DNA from: an uncultured Cytophagales bacterium | Lineage (GTDB): Bacteria; Bacteroidota; Bacteroidia; Cytophagales; Hymenobacteraceae | Reading direction: 5' to 3' | Length of the DNA: 64,000 bases | NCBI GenBank assembly: GCA_963711295.1 | Contig: CAVQDF010000006.1 | Location: forward strand, 111,464-175,463 | Shown here: in pieces, positions 10,872 to 20,278 of the stretch | Layout: each line of letters starts with the position of its first letter | Position numbering within the stretch: position 1 is the stretch's first letter | Position numbers and translations under genes: made by a program | Notes under the pieces: model-generated | What the model was told of the DNA's origin: nothing | Database searches by the model: none | What the model saw: the letters and a program-made list of their open reading frames with translations, nothing else

Positions 10872-12050
10872 ATGGCTATGCTTCGTATCCTACTCTTTAT
10901 GACCAGTCTGCTGCTGCTGGCTGGTCCCGCCCGGGCCCAGCAAACCGTTACCGGATCCATCCGGTTCGGTGGGGTTACGCGCGACTACCGCCTCTACATC
11001 CCTAAGGCCTACACGGCCGGCACCCAAGCCGTGCCGCTGCTGCTGAATCTGCACGGCTACGGTTCCAACAACGTGGAGCAGGAGCAGTACGGCGACTTTC
11101 GCGCCATTGCCGACACGGCCAACTTTTTGGTCGTGCATCCCAACGGCACCCTCGACGGTAGCAACAACCGCTACTGGAACACCTTTCTGCCCTACGCCCT
11201 CGGCGGCCCCGACGATGTGGGCTTCCTGAGCGCCCTCATCGACTCGCTCAGCGCTAAATACCGCATCAATGCCCAACGCGTGTACAGCACCGGCATGAGC
11301 AACGGCGGCTTCATGAGCTATGAGCTGGCCTGCCGGCTGAGCGGCCGCGTTGCCGCCATTGCCTCCGTGACGGGTAGCATGGCCGCCAGCCACGTAGCCG
11401 ATTGCGCGCCCACCCGGGCCGTGCCGGTGCTGGAAATCCATGGCACGGCCGATGGCACGGTGCCTTACGCTGGCAACAGCGTGTTCGTCCCGATTCCGGA
11501 GCTGGTAGCGGCCTGGGCCCGGCGCAACGGCTGCAACCCCACGCCCGTCATCACTCAAGTGCCCGACCTCGACCCCAACGACGGCAGTACGGCCGAGCGG
11601 CAGGTGTTTAGCGGCGGCCGCAACGGCAGCGTGGTCGAGCACTACCGCATCATCGGGGGCGGCCATACCTGGCCCGGCGCGCCCATCAATATCGGCGTCA
11701 CGAACCGCGACATCGATGCCAGCAAGGTGGTATGGCGCTTTCTGCGCCGCTACCAGCTCGGCGGCCTGGTCACGGCCACGGCCCGCGAACGGGCCAATTC
11801 AACCGAATTCCTGCTGATTCCCAATCCGGTGCGCGACGCCGTGACGTTGCACTCCACCCTCGGGCCGCTGGAAGCCCGCCGCCTGCGGGTAACCGACGCG
11901 GCCGGCCGCGTGGTGCCCGTCAGCCCCCGCCGCCTCCCCGATGGCAGCCTGCAACTTTCTACTGCGGGCTGGGCCGCCGGCAGCTACTGGCTCCGGGCTG
12001 AGGTGAAAGGACAGGTGCTCCAGCAGCAACTGGTGAAATTGGCCGAGTAG
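10872..12050 (+). CDS. PHB-depolymerase/LpqC-like esterase with T9SS C-terminal domain
   Basis: Signal peptide; LHGYG, GMSNGG nucleophile, HGTAD, GGGHTWPG; C-terminal PNP...G.Y.L...KL sorting domain. Confidence 0.85.
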   Translation: MAMLRILLFMTSLLLLAGPARAQQTVTGSIRFGGVTRDYRLYIPKAYTAGTQAVPLLLNLHGYGSNNVEQEQYGDFRAIADTANFLVVHPNGTLDGSNNRYWNTFLPYALGGPDDVGFLSALIDSLSAKYRINAQRVYSTGMSNGGFMSYELACRLSGRVAAIASVTGSMAASHVADCAPTRAVPVLEIHGTADGTVPYAGNSVFVPIPELVAAWARRNGCNPTPVITQVPDLDPNDGSTAERQVFSGGRNGSVVEHYRIIGGGHTWPGAPINIGVTNRDIDASKVVWRFLRRYQLGGLVTATARERANSTEFLLIPNPVRDAVTLHSTLGPLEARRLRVTDAAGRVVPVSPRRLPDGSLQLSTAGWAAGSYWLRAEVKGQVLQQQLVKLAE

Positions 12051-12080
12051 AACCGGAGGCTGGTGACGGGAATGGTGCAG

Positions 12081-12182
12081 GAACGTCATTCAGAGCGCAG
12101 CGAAGAATCTCGCTTGAAGTCGTTAGATTCTAATTGCAATGGCAGCACGCGAGATTCTTCGCTGCGTCTCTGAATGACGTTC
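12081..12182. repeat. CGTC-type REP doublet
   Basis: GAACGTCATTCAGAGCGCAGCGAAGAATCTCGC...GCGAGATTCTTCGCTGCGTCTCTGAATGACGTTC. Confidence 0.85.
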
Positions 12183-12201
12183 TTGCGCCCCGTTCAGCAC
12201 T

Positions 12202-12236
12202 TTCTAACTTCTGGCTCCTAACTCCTAGCTTCTCAA
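12202..12236 (+). repeat. Degenerate heptamer tandem array just upstream of the HipA-like gene
   Basis: TTCTAAC TTCTGGC TCCTAAC TCCTAGC TTCTCAA. Confidence 0.6.
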
Positions 12237-12239
12237 ATA

Positions 12240-13026
12240 ATGCCCGACCTCTCCCTGCGTACCGTTGAAATGACGCGCTACGTGATTCCGCTCCGCGAGG
12301 GCGGCTCGCTGCCCGCCCTGGTAGAGGCCGACGACGGGTTTATGTACGTAGTGAAGTTCCGGGGCGCGGGGCAGGGGCTCAAGGCCCTGATTGCCGAGCT
12401 GGTGGTGGGCGAGCTGGCCCGGCAGCTGGGGCTGCGCATGCCCGAACTGGTGTTCATCAACCTGAGCGAAGCCTTCGGCCGCACCGAGCCCGACGAGGAA
12501 ATCCAGGACTTGCTGCGTTTCAGCACCGGCCTCAACCTGGCCCTGCACTTTCTGTCGGGGGCCAGCACCTTCGACCCGCTGCTGCTCGACCTGGAGCCCC
12601 GGCTGGCCTCGCTCATCGTGTGGCTCGACTGCCTGACGCTGAACGTGGACCGCACGGCCCGCAACACCAACCTGCTCATGTGGCACCGCGAGCTGTGGCT
12701 CATCGACCACGGCGCGGCCCTGTACGTGCACCACGCCGGGGCCGGGCTGGGCGGCCCCCAAGCCCCGCCCGTTTCCGCAGCTGAAAGACCACGTACTGCT
12801 GCCCCAGGCCACCGAGCTGGCCGCGGCCGACGCCCTGGGCCACGCCCGCCTGACGCCCGCCGTTATCGAGGCCGTGGTGGCCCTGGTGCCCGACGACTGG
12901 CTCCAGGAGCCCGACCAGACGCCCGCCGAGCAGCGGGCCCAGTACGTGCAGTTCCTTGTGGCCCGCCTGGCCGATTCCGCTACCTTCGTTGCCGAAGCCG
13001 AAACCGCCCGCCATGCACTTGTTTGA
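12240..13026 (+). CDS. HipA-like (HipA_2) kinase, frameshift near 12745
   Basis: PLREGGSLP, YVVKFRGAGQG, NVDRTARNTNLL, WLIDHGAAL; continues in another frame to a TGA at 13026. Confidence 0.82.
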
Positions 13027-13390
13027 GTACGCCGTGCTGCGCGTGGTGCCCCGCGTAGAGCGCGAAGAATTTCTGAACGTGGGCGTGATTCTGTACTGCG
13101 CCGCCCAGGGTTTCCTCCAAACCCGCTGCCACCTGCCCGAAGACCGGTTACGGGCTTTCAGCAAAGCCGAGCTCGACTTCGACGACCTGCGGGCCCGCCT
13201 GCGGGCCTTCGAGCGCATTTGCGGGGGCCGGCGCGAAGGCGGGCCCATCGGGCAGCTGGCGGTGGCCTCCCGCTTCCGCTGGCTCACGGCCACCCGCAGC
13301 ACCATCGTCCAGACCTCGCCCATCCACCCCGGTCTTACAGCCGACCCCGCTGCCACTCTGGAGCAGCTGTACCGGCAATTAGTGGCCTGA
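13013..13390 (+). CDS. DUF3037 domain protein
   Basis: FEYAVLRVVPRVEREEFLNVGVIL...RFRWLTATRSTIVQTSP.H.G; overlaps the kinase stop. Confidence 0.88.
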   Translation: MHLFEYAVLRVVPRVEREEFLNVGVILYCAAQGFLQTRCHLPEDRLRAFSKAELDFDDLRARLRAFERICGGRREGGPIGQLAVASRFRWLTATRSTIVQTSPIHPGLTADPAATLEQLYRQLVA

Positions 13391-13450
13391 TTGCTAGTTA
13401 GATAATAATTGCTTATCTTCCATAAGTCAACTCATTTAACCCACCGCCTT

Positions 13451-13585
13451 ATGGAAGTATGGAGCAAATGGCCCGCTATGCGCGGGTTACACCGGTTGCC
13501 CTGGTGGGCTTACGCGCTATTCATTCCGGGCGTGTATTCGCTGGCCTGGGTGCTGTACCTGGTAGGTATTATTCCCGGCCACTGA
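13451..13585 (+). CDS. Small Trp-rich membrane protein (44 aa)
   Basis: MEVWSKWPAMRGLHRLPWWAYALFIPGVYSLAWVLYLVGIIPGH*; AT-rich upstream region and a downstream hairpin at about 13605-13649. Confidence 0.5.
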   Translation: MEVWSKWPAMRGLHRLPWWAYALFIPGVYSLAWVLYLVGIIPGH

Positions 13586-13654
13586 GTTCAGCCGCTTAAC
13601 CATTAGCCGGCCCCGTCGCTGTCCGTGTTGGATAGGGGCGGGGCCGGCTGGCGT

Positions 13655-14227
13655 TTAAGCAGAAGTAGCAGAGGTTTGCGGGGCGAGCTGTTGTAGCACC
13701 CGCAGCAGCAGCTGGTAAAGCGCGCGCAGGCGCTCGGGTTCCATTACGGCGCGGTCCTCGCTGAACGTGAGCAGCACCGGGGCATCGGGTTCTTCCGAGG
13801 CCGGGGCCAGCGTGAAGCGGGCCGTAGGGTGCAGCAGCAGCGTGTCATGAATGGCCGGGTCGGCCAGCAGCTGGCGCAGGGCATTTTGGTTGTTGGTCGT
13901 GATGATGAAGGCTTTGTCGAGCTCGGCAAAGCCCAGCTGCACGTCTTCGAGACCCAGCAGCTTCCCGATTTCGTGTACCCAATCCTGCTCGTGGAGGGCG
14001 AAGTGCAGGGCAGGCGGACCGGGCACGGCCGCCGTAAGCGTCGTGATTTCGTAGCCACCCTCGAAGCCGCCGCCCAGGTCGATATCCAGCTCCAGCCTGA
14101 TGCAGTAAGGCGGCTGGCAGAGGTCGGCCCGGTAATCGAACAGGTCGGGCTGGCTGTTGAGGTCGGCCGTTACCTGCTCCCAGAGAGCGGCTTCGGAATC
14201 GGCGGAAAACGTGCGGATGGCATCCAT
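13655..14227 (-). CDS. Hypothetical protein (conserved-looking Bacteroidota protein)
   Basis: 190 aa with host codon bias; DIDLGGGFEGGYE motif. Confidence 0.7.
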   Translation of the reverse strand: MDAIRTFSADSEAALWEQVTADLNSQPDLFDYRADLCQPPYCIRLELDIDLGGGFEGGYEITTLTAAVPGPPALHFALHEQDWVHEIGKLLGLEDVQLGFAELDKAFIITTNNQNALRQLLADPAIHDTLLLHPTARFTLAPASEEPDAPVLLTFSEDRAVMEPERLRALYQLLLRVLQQLAPQTSATSA

Positions 14228-14330
14228 GGCAAAACGGGGGACAAGGTGGCGGGGTCCTTCTTCCTACTCCGTGCCTGCCGCCGAGGTTGTGTTGGTCGGC
14301 TTGCTTGCGGCGTAGGTAGGCCGGCTCAGT

Positions 14331-15266
14331 CTAATACCCGCGGGCCAGGTTCACCTCGTTTTCCAGCGGCTCGCCCTGCTGCCAGCGGCGCAGGTTGCGC
14401 AGAAAAATCTCCAGCTTACCGGCCTGCTCGCCGAGGTGGCCTCCCCCGGTGTGCTGGGTGAGCAGTACCCGGGGCAGCTTCCAGAGTGGGTTATCGGTCG
14501 GCAGCGGCTCCTGAGCCGTTACGTCGAGCACGGCCCCGGCGAGGCGGCCGGCTTGCAGGGCGGCAATCAGGGCGGGCTCGTCGGTGGTGGAGCCGCGGCC
14601 CACGCTGGCGTAGAGGGCGTGCGGGGGCAGGGCAGCCAGCAGTTCGGCCGAGAAGAAGCCCGCCGCGCTGCCGGGCAGGCAGTTTACCACGATGTCGGTG
14701 TTGGGAAGGGCGGCCAGTACATCGGCGCGGGTGTGCAATTGGGCCTGCGGATCGGTGCGGGCCAGAAACTGCACCGGACACCCGAAGCCGCTGAGCTGCT
14801 GGGCCACGGCCTGCCCAATGGTACCCCGGCCCAGAATCAGGACCCGCCGGCCCCGCAGCAGCCCAAGCTGCTGCCGGAACTGGCCGCCTTCCCAGTGCTT
14901 GCGGGCCTGCCAGACGGCCAGTTCGGGTATGTAGCGTAGCAGGGCCAGCAGCCCGGCCACCATGGTTTCGGCGCAGGGCCAGGCGAACAGGTCGCCCGCG
15001 TTGGCCACCGGAAAAGTGGGGCGCAGGTGTTGGTACTGAAAAATACCGGCCGAGTCGATCTGCCAGAACTGCAACTGCGTAGGTAGGGGCGCGAGCCAGT
15101 CGGCGGGCGGGTTGCCCAGCAGCAGGTCGGCACCGGCCAGGGCCTGCCGGCGCTGCTGCTCGGTGGGTAAGTCGGCGCTGAAAATGGCGTCCGTGCCGGC
15201 TGGAAGCTGCTGGCGGAGCTCGGCGCGGGCAGGGGCCGAGAAATCGGAATAAACAAACAGGTACAT
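14331..15266 (-). CDS. D-2-hydroxyacid dehydrogenase
   Basis: ILGRGTIG NAD motif, VGRG, AVLDVT..EPLP, LTQHTGG. Confidence 0.88.
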   Translation of the reverse strand: MYLFVYSDFSAPARAELRQQLPAGTDAIFSADLPTEQQRRQALAGADLLLGNPPADWLAPLPTQLQFWQIDSAGIFQYQHLRPTFPVANAGDLFAWPCAETMVAGLLALLRYIPELAVWQARKHWEGGQFRQQLGLLRGRRVLILGRGTIGQAVAQQLSGFGCPVQFLARTDPQAQLHTRADVLAALPNTDIVVNCLPGSAAGFFSAELLAALPPHALYASVGRGSTTDEPALIAALQAGRLAGAVLDVTAQEPLPTDNPLWKLPRVLLTQHTGGGHLGEQAGKLEIFLRNLRRWQQGEPLENEVNLARGY

Positions 15267-15389
15267 ACACGGCTATACTACCCAAACCAACCGGCAGGTT
15301 GCACCCCGGCCGCTTGCCTGGGGCCGACAAATGCGTATTTTGTCCGGCCGTACGGTTTCGCGCCGGCTATTTTCACTCCCAAATCCCTC

Positions 15390-16439
15390 ATGGAAGAACT
15401 CACCCAACAACAGGTTCAGGATTATTACGGCCGCCAGCTCCAGACCCAGCACGACTTGCAGACCAACGCCTGCTGCACCGACGATATTCCGGCCGAACAC
15501 AAGCGCATTCTGGCTCAGCTCGAACCCGAGGTGCTGGAAAAATACTACGGTTGTGGGGTAGCCGTGCCCCCGGCCGTAGAAGGCTGCACCGTGCTCGACT
15601 TGGGTTCGGGTAGTGGCCGCGACGTGTATCTGCTCTCGAAGCTGGTCGGCGAGCAGGGCCACGTAATTGGCCTCGACATGACCGAGGAGCAGCTGGAAGT
15701 GGCCCGTCGCCACATTGGGGCCCACACCGCCCGTTTCGGCTATGCCGCGCCCAACGTGGAGTTCCGCCACGGCTACATCGAGGATTTGCAGGCCGCCGGC
15801 CTGGCCGATAACAGCGTCGATATCGTGGTCAGCAACTGCGTCATCAACCTGAGCACCGATAAGGAGGCGACCTACCGCGAGATTTTCCGGGTGCTCAAGC
15901 CCGGGGGCGAAATGCACATCGCCGACGTATTCGCCGACCGCCGCATTCCCGAAAGCCTGCGCCAGGACCCGGTGCTCTACGGCGAGTGCCTGAGCGGGGC
16001 CCTGTACATCGATGATTTCCGCCGCCTGCTGCACGAGGTGGGAGTGCGCGACTACCGCCTCACCTCCAGCCGACGCCTCACCATCGGCAACCCCGAAATC
16101 GAGGCTAAAGTGGGCAACATCAAGTTCTACTCGCTCACGGTGCGGGCGTTCAAGCTCGACCTGGAAGACCGGTGCGAGGATTATGGCCAGGTAGCCACCT
16201 ACTTGGGCACGCTGCCCGGCCTGCCCAACGCCTTCGAACTCGACGACCACCACCGCCTCGAAACCAACCGCCCGATGCTGGTCTGCGGCAACACGGCCGC
16301 CATGCTCACCGACACCCGCTACGGGGAGCACTTCCGGGTAACCGGCGACAAAACCCACCACTTCGGCCCTTTCGACTGCGCCCCCGTATCGGCTGCTGCC
16401 GGCTCCTCCTCCGACGCCGCGCCCGGCTGTGGCTGCTAG
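15390..16439 (+). CDS. arsM: Arsenite S-adenosylmethionine methyltransferase-like protein
   Basis: LQTNACC, YYGCG, VLDLGSGSGRD, SNCVINL, LYGECLSGA, EDRCEDYGQ, VCGNT. Confidence 0.8.
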   Translation: MEELTQQQVQDYYGRQLQTQHDLQTNACCTDDIPAEHKRILAQLEPEVLEKYYGCGVAVPPAVEGCTVLDLGSGSGRDVYLLSKLVGEQGHVIGLDMTEEQLEVARRHIGAHTARFGYAAPNVEFRHGYIEDLQAAGLADNSVDIVVSNCVINLSTDKEATYREIFRVLKPGGEMHIADVFADRRIPESLRQDPVLYGECLSGALYIDDFRRLLHEVGVRDYRLTSSRRLTIGNPEIEAKVGNIKFYSLTVRAFKLDLEDRCEDYGQVATYLGTLPGLPNAFELDDHHRLETNRPMLVCGNTAAMLTDTRYGEHFRVTGDKTHHFGPFDCAPVSAAAGSSSDAAPGCGC

Positions 16440-16463
16440 TCAGCCCTCATTTCCTGAAAACGA

Positions 16464-16498
16464 AAGAGCCCCGCACCAGTTCTGGTGCGGGGCTCTTT
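16464..16498. terminator. Bidirectional terminator
   Basis: AAAGAGCCCCGCACCAG-TT-CTGGTGCGGGGCTCTTT between convergent genes. Confidence 0.75.
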
Positions 16499-16550
16499 GC
16501 TGGCTGACCCAGCTCATCCTGCCGGCCAGCAGCTAACGGCTAGCAGGTAG

Positions 16551-16847
16551 CTAGTCTTTTCGGGTGTACTGCTGATGGCGGACCGGGTCTTTTTTGCGGT
16601 CCTTTTTGCGGCCGATGATGCCGCCGGCAGCAGCGCCGGCCACACCCCCGATAACGGCCCCTTTTCCACCCCCAACCACGGCTCCGGTTACGGCCCCGGC
16701 GCCGCCGCCAATGGCCGCACCCTTGGCTTTGCGGCTCCAGGTTTTATGAGGTTTGCTGGTCTGGGCCGCCACCTCGGTGGTGGCCACGGTGCTTTCGAGC
16801 ACGAAAAAGGCCGACAGCACGGCCGCGTACAGTTTGATGGTTTTCAT
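16551..16847 (-). CDS. Secreted glycine-zipper (YMGG-like) protein
   Basis: Signal peptide; WSRKAKGAAIGGGAGAVTGAVVGG. Confidence 0.8.
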   Translation of the reverse strand: MKTIKLYAAVLSAFFVLESTVATTEVAAQTSKPHKTWSRKAKGAAIGGGAGAVTGAVVGGGKGAVIGGVAGAAAGGIIGRKKDRKKDPVRHQQYTRKD

Positions 16848-16969
16848 GGCGGGAAGAATGAAAGCCGGTCAGCACGTGGCCGGCCCATAGGCTTCCTTTT
16901 ACGGCGCCGGCCGCGCCCGGATACTGCCCGGCCAAAATCCTGTACCGCCCCGCCCTTCGGGTATGGCGC

Positions 16970-19408
16970 TTAGTTGGCCTTGGAAGTAGCCGGTAACGGA
17001 GCGCCCGACTTCTTCACGTAGGTATCGAACCAGGTATTCATTTCCCAGAGCACCTGCATCAGCGATTCGCGAGCCGTGTAGCCGTGGCTTTCGCCGGGTA
17101 GCGCGGCGTAGCGCACGTTGGCCCCATTGCGTTGCAGGGCCTCGTAGAACTGCTCGCTCTGGGCTGCGAAGCCCGCCGATTCGGTGTCGGGTTCGGCAGG
17201 CAGCACCAGCAGGGGCGTCCGGATGGTATCGGTGAAGCTGAATGGGGCCCGGGCGGGGTAGGGGTCCGCCGTCGTCAGGGTCAGCCGTTCTTCGCCCGGC
17301 AAACGAACCGGTAGCAAAGGGCGATTATGCACGCCAGGACGAGCAATACCGGCCTTGAACAGGCGGGTATGGGCCAGCAGGTTGGCCGTCAGGAAGGCGC
17401 CTGCGCCCTGGCCCACGAGGCCCACCCGCGCCGTATCAACAAAGCCCAGGCGGCGGCCCTCCTCCAGTACGGCCCGGGCTGCGGCCGTAAGCTGCTCCAC
17501 ATAGTCGGCCGGCGGGGTGGTGCTACCGGCTGTGGTTACTACAGGCATACGCACGTTTTGCAGCACGGCGTAGCCCTGCGAGGCCCAGTACAGGGGCGAG
17601 GCCCAGGGCAGGCGGGTAAACGAATGCAGCGAGCCGCTCGTGTGCCCGGCGGCTACTTTATCCTTGAACTCGGTCGGATAGGCTTCGAGCAGGGTCGGCA
17701 GCGGGCCATCCTCCTTCTTGTAGCCGGCCGGCAGGTAAATGATGGCCGTCAGGACCAGGCCATCGGCCCGTTGGTAGCGCAAGAGCTGCTTCTGGGGCAT
17801 GGGCCCCAAGCCAGCATAAGGATTCGTAAACTGCGTCAGGGCCGTATTTTTGGCGCTGGAAGTACTGCGCAGGTAGTAGTTGGGCGTTTCTGTCACCGAC
17901 TCGCGCCGGGTTACGAGCAAGTGCTTGGCGGGGTCGATGATGGCTACTGGCAGCTCGTAGTAGGGTGCCTCGGAGCGCCACCAACGCTGGGTTTTCTTGG
18001 TAAACACGTTCAGTTCGTCCACGAATGGCCGGTCGCCTTCCGGCGATGCCCCTTTACCCATCAGGTAAATCGTGTTGCCGATAACGTTGGTTTGGAGCAC
18101 CGGCCGGCCCAGCTTGTTGCGCTGCACTACGGGTGTGCCCGGGTCGGTGTAGGTATTCTGAGTCGACCGCTCGAACAGCGGTTGCAACGACGTTTTCGTG
18201 GCTGGATCGAGGGTCCAGATGGTTTCCTGACGCTCAGCCCAATTATAGCCTTCTATCAGCGCCAGCTGGTCGTTACCCCAGTACATGCGGCGGTAGCGCA
18301 GCGGCAGCGACACCAGCTCACGCGGAGCCTCATCGAAGGGGGCAGCCAGCGTGAACAGCCGGTCGCGCACCGGCGCCGGGGCCTGGGCGTTGCCACCGTC
18401 CTGCGCTTCGGCCCAGAACAGGGTGCTGGGCACATCTTCGCGCCAGCCAAACTCGCGGGGGCCGGTGGGCACCGCGTCGGGTCCGGCGGGCAGCTCAGTT
18501 ACGGCCGGCAGTTCGGCTACTTCCTTGGCCACCAGCCCTTCCATGGTAAGCACCTGCACCCGCTGCCCAAAGCGGCTGAGGGGCAGCCCATAGGGGTAGG
18601 GCCGCAGGTAGGTACGCACCAACACGTACTGGCCGTTGGGCGAAGGCGACGCCTGCTGAATCAGGCCGGGCTGCCCCACCGGGCCCATGCGGCCATCGAG
18701 GCCCACGCGCACCACCTGGGCCAGGGCGTAGTAGTCGAGCAGGGGCTCGTCGGGCGCGCTTTTGAGGTTGTTGGCGTACGTGCGGGGCGCAGGGGTGCTG
18801 CTATCGGTAGGCGGGGCGGGAGTAGGGTCCTGGCCGGACTTGGGAGCCTGGCCGCGGCCGCCCACCACGGCCCGGGCAATCAGCGTTTTGTTGTCGGATA
18901 CCCACTCGTAAGGCATGCCCAGGGCCCCGTTCAGGAATATGTTGGGAATCAGCCGGGCCGAAGCCGAAGCCACTTCCACCACCCATAGCTCCATGTGGTT
19001 GCGTGAGGTGTGGGTGAAGGCCAGCTTGGAGTTGTCGGGCGACCATTGCACGTTGCTGATGCGGGCGTTGGCCGGCAGGCCCTGCACCAGCAGCGGCTTA
19101 CCATCGGGCAGGCGCCGCAGCCATAGCGTTGACACGTACGTAACGCGACTGGGGCTGTTCGTGACGGTGTTGAGGCGCAGGCCTGCCAGGCGTAGCTCCG
19201 GCTGGCTCAGGTCGGCCACGGTAGGCATCTCCTGCACATCCATCTGCAGCAGCCATTCGCCATCAGAAGAGAAGCTCACCCGGGGCATAGGGGGCACATC
19301 GGCCAGCGCCACCAGGGTGCGAGGTGGTAGTTGGTAGGGTAAAATCTGGGCCGTACTCAGGCTGGCCGCTACCAGGCATAAAGCCACCGTAAAACTCGTT
19401 GCTTTCAT
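16970..19408 (-). CDS. S9 family (glutamyl endopeptidase-like) peptidase homolog with degenerate nucleophile motif
   Basis: Beta-propeller plus alpha/beta hydrolase; ASPEGDRPFVD, ESHGY; GQGAG in place of GHSYG. Confidence 0.85.
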   Translation of the reverse strand: MKATSFTVALCLVAASLSTAQILPYQLPPRTLVALADVPPMPRVSFSSDGEWLLQMDVQEMPTVADLSQPELRLAGLRLNTVTNSPSRVTYVSTLWLRRLPDGKPLLVQGLPANARISNVQWSPDNSKLAFTHTSRNHMELWVVEVASASARLIPNIFLNGALGMPYEWVSDNKTLIARAVVGGRGQAPKSGQDPTPAPPTDSSTPAPRTYANNLKSAPDEPLLDYYALAQVVRVGLDGRMGPVGQPGLIQQASPSPNGQYVLVRTYLRPYPYGLPLSRFGQRVQVLTMEGLVAKEVAELPAVTELPAGPDAVPTGPREFGWREDVPSTLFWAEAQDGGNAQAPAPVRDRLFTLAAPFDEAPRELVSLPLRYRRMYWGNDQLALIEGYNWAERQETIWTLDPATKTSLQPLFERSTQNTYTDPGTPVVQRNKLGRPVLQTNVIGNTIYLMGKGASPEGDRPFVDELNVFTKKTQRWWRSEAPYYELPVAIIDPAKHLLVTRRESVTETPNYYLRSTSSAKNTALTQFTNPYAGLGPMPQKQLLRYQRADGLVLTAIIYLPAGYKKEDGPLPTLLEAYPTEFKDKVAAGHTSGSLHSFTRLPWASPLYWASQGYAVLQNVRMPVVTTAGSTTPPADYVEQLTAAARAVLEEGRRLGFVDTARVGLVGQGAGAFLTANLLAHTRLFKAGIARPGVHNRPLLPVRLPGEERLTLTTADPYPARAPFSFTDTIRTPLLVLPAEPDTESAGFAAQSEQFYEALQRNGANVRYAALPGESHGYTARESLMQVLWEMNTWFDTYVKKSGAPLPATSKAN

Positions 19409-19645
19409 GAAAAAAGGGTATTCACCTAAATAGTAATTACAAAAGTGGGAACTATCAGGCTAATTCACTAATTATAATTGTAATACGCTGTTTGTTAATA
19501 TGTTAAATGATTAGGCGGGGTCTGTCATGTAGTCACAAAAAAGCCCCGTCAATTCGACGGGGCTTACAAGTAAATAGCCTAATAATTCAATTATGCGCTA
19601 TCTGCCGGTTGCGCTGCTTTCGGCCGGGTAGTTCGGCTGGCGCAG

Positions 19646-20227
19646 TCAGGCAGGTAGTGCTTGGGGAAAAGCGAAATCAGCCGGTTCCCGGCGCTGGCGG
19701 GCGGCTTGTTCGCGGCTCAGGAACGGCTCCTCCAACTGCTCGGCCCGGCCCAGATAGCCCAGGGCAATGAAAACCACCGGCTGGAGCGACTCGGGCAGCC
19801 CGAAGGCGGCGCGGGTCTTCTCGGCGTCGAAGCCGCCCATAAAGTGTCCGTGCAGGCCCAGGGCCGTGGCTTCCAGAATCAGGTGGCTGTTGGCCATGCC
19901 CACATCGTGCAGAGCCGCACCGTTGGCACTACCGTTGTCGTAGTGGGTTTTGGCCAGCGCCAGCAGCAGTACCGGGGCATGCCGGGCCCAGGGCTGGTTG
20001 CCGGGCAGCAGGCAGTCCACCATTTTCTGGAAGGCTGGCTGATTGGCGCGATGGGCGTAGATATAGCGCCAGGGCTGCTCGTTCATGGCACTGGGGGCCC
20101 AGGCGGCCGCCTCGAAAACCTGCTGCAGCGCCGCGTCGGGCACGGGCTGGTCGGCGAAGGCGCGGGGGCTCCAACGCTGGCGAATAGCCTCCAGGATGGG
20201 ATAAGTGGTAGGGGCAGGCTTGCTCAC
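19646..20227 (-). CDS. Nitroreductase family protein
   Basis: RWSPRAF, AAWAPSAMNEQPWR, HFMGGFD. Confidence 0.9.
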   Translation of the reverse strand: MSKPAPTTYPILEAIRQRWSPRAFADQPVPDAALQQVFEAAAWAPSAMNEQPWRYIYAHRANQPAFQKMVDCLLPGNQPWARHAPVLLLALAKTHYDNGSANGAALHDVGMANSHLILEATALGLHGHFMGGFDAEKTRAAFGLPESLQPVVFIALGYLGRAEQLEEPFLSREQAARQRREPADFAFPQALPA

Positions 20228-20257
20228 GGATTTAAGCTGATTTTACGGATTTTGTAG
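20225..20257 (+). repeat. Single arm of the CACGGATTT 9-mer repeat family
   Basis: CACGGATTTAAGCTGATTTTACGGATTTTGTAG resembles the left arm at 43843. Confidence 0.6.
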
Positions 20258-20278
20258 CTGGTACGGGGCTTTGACAGG

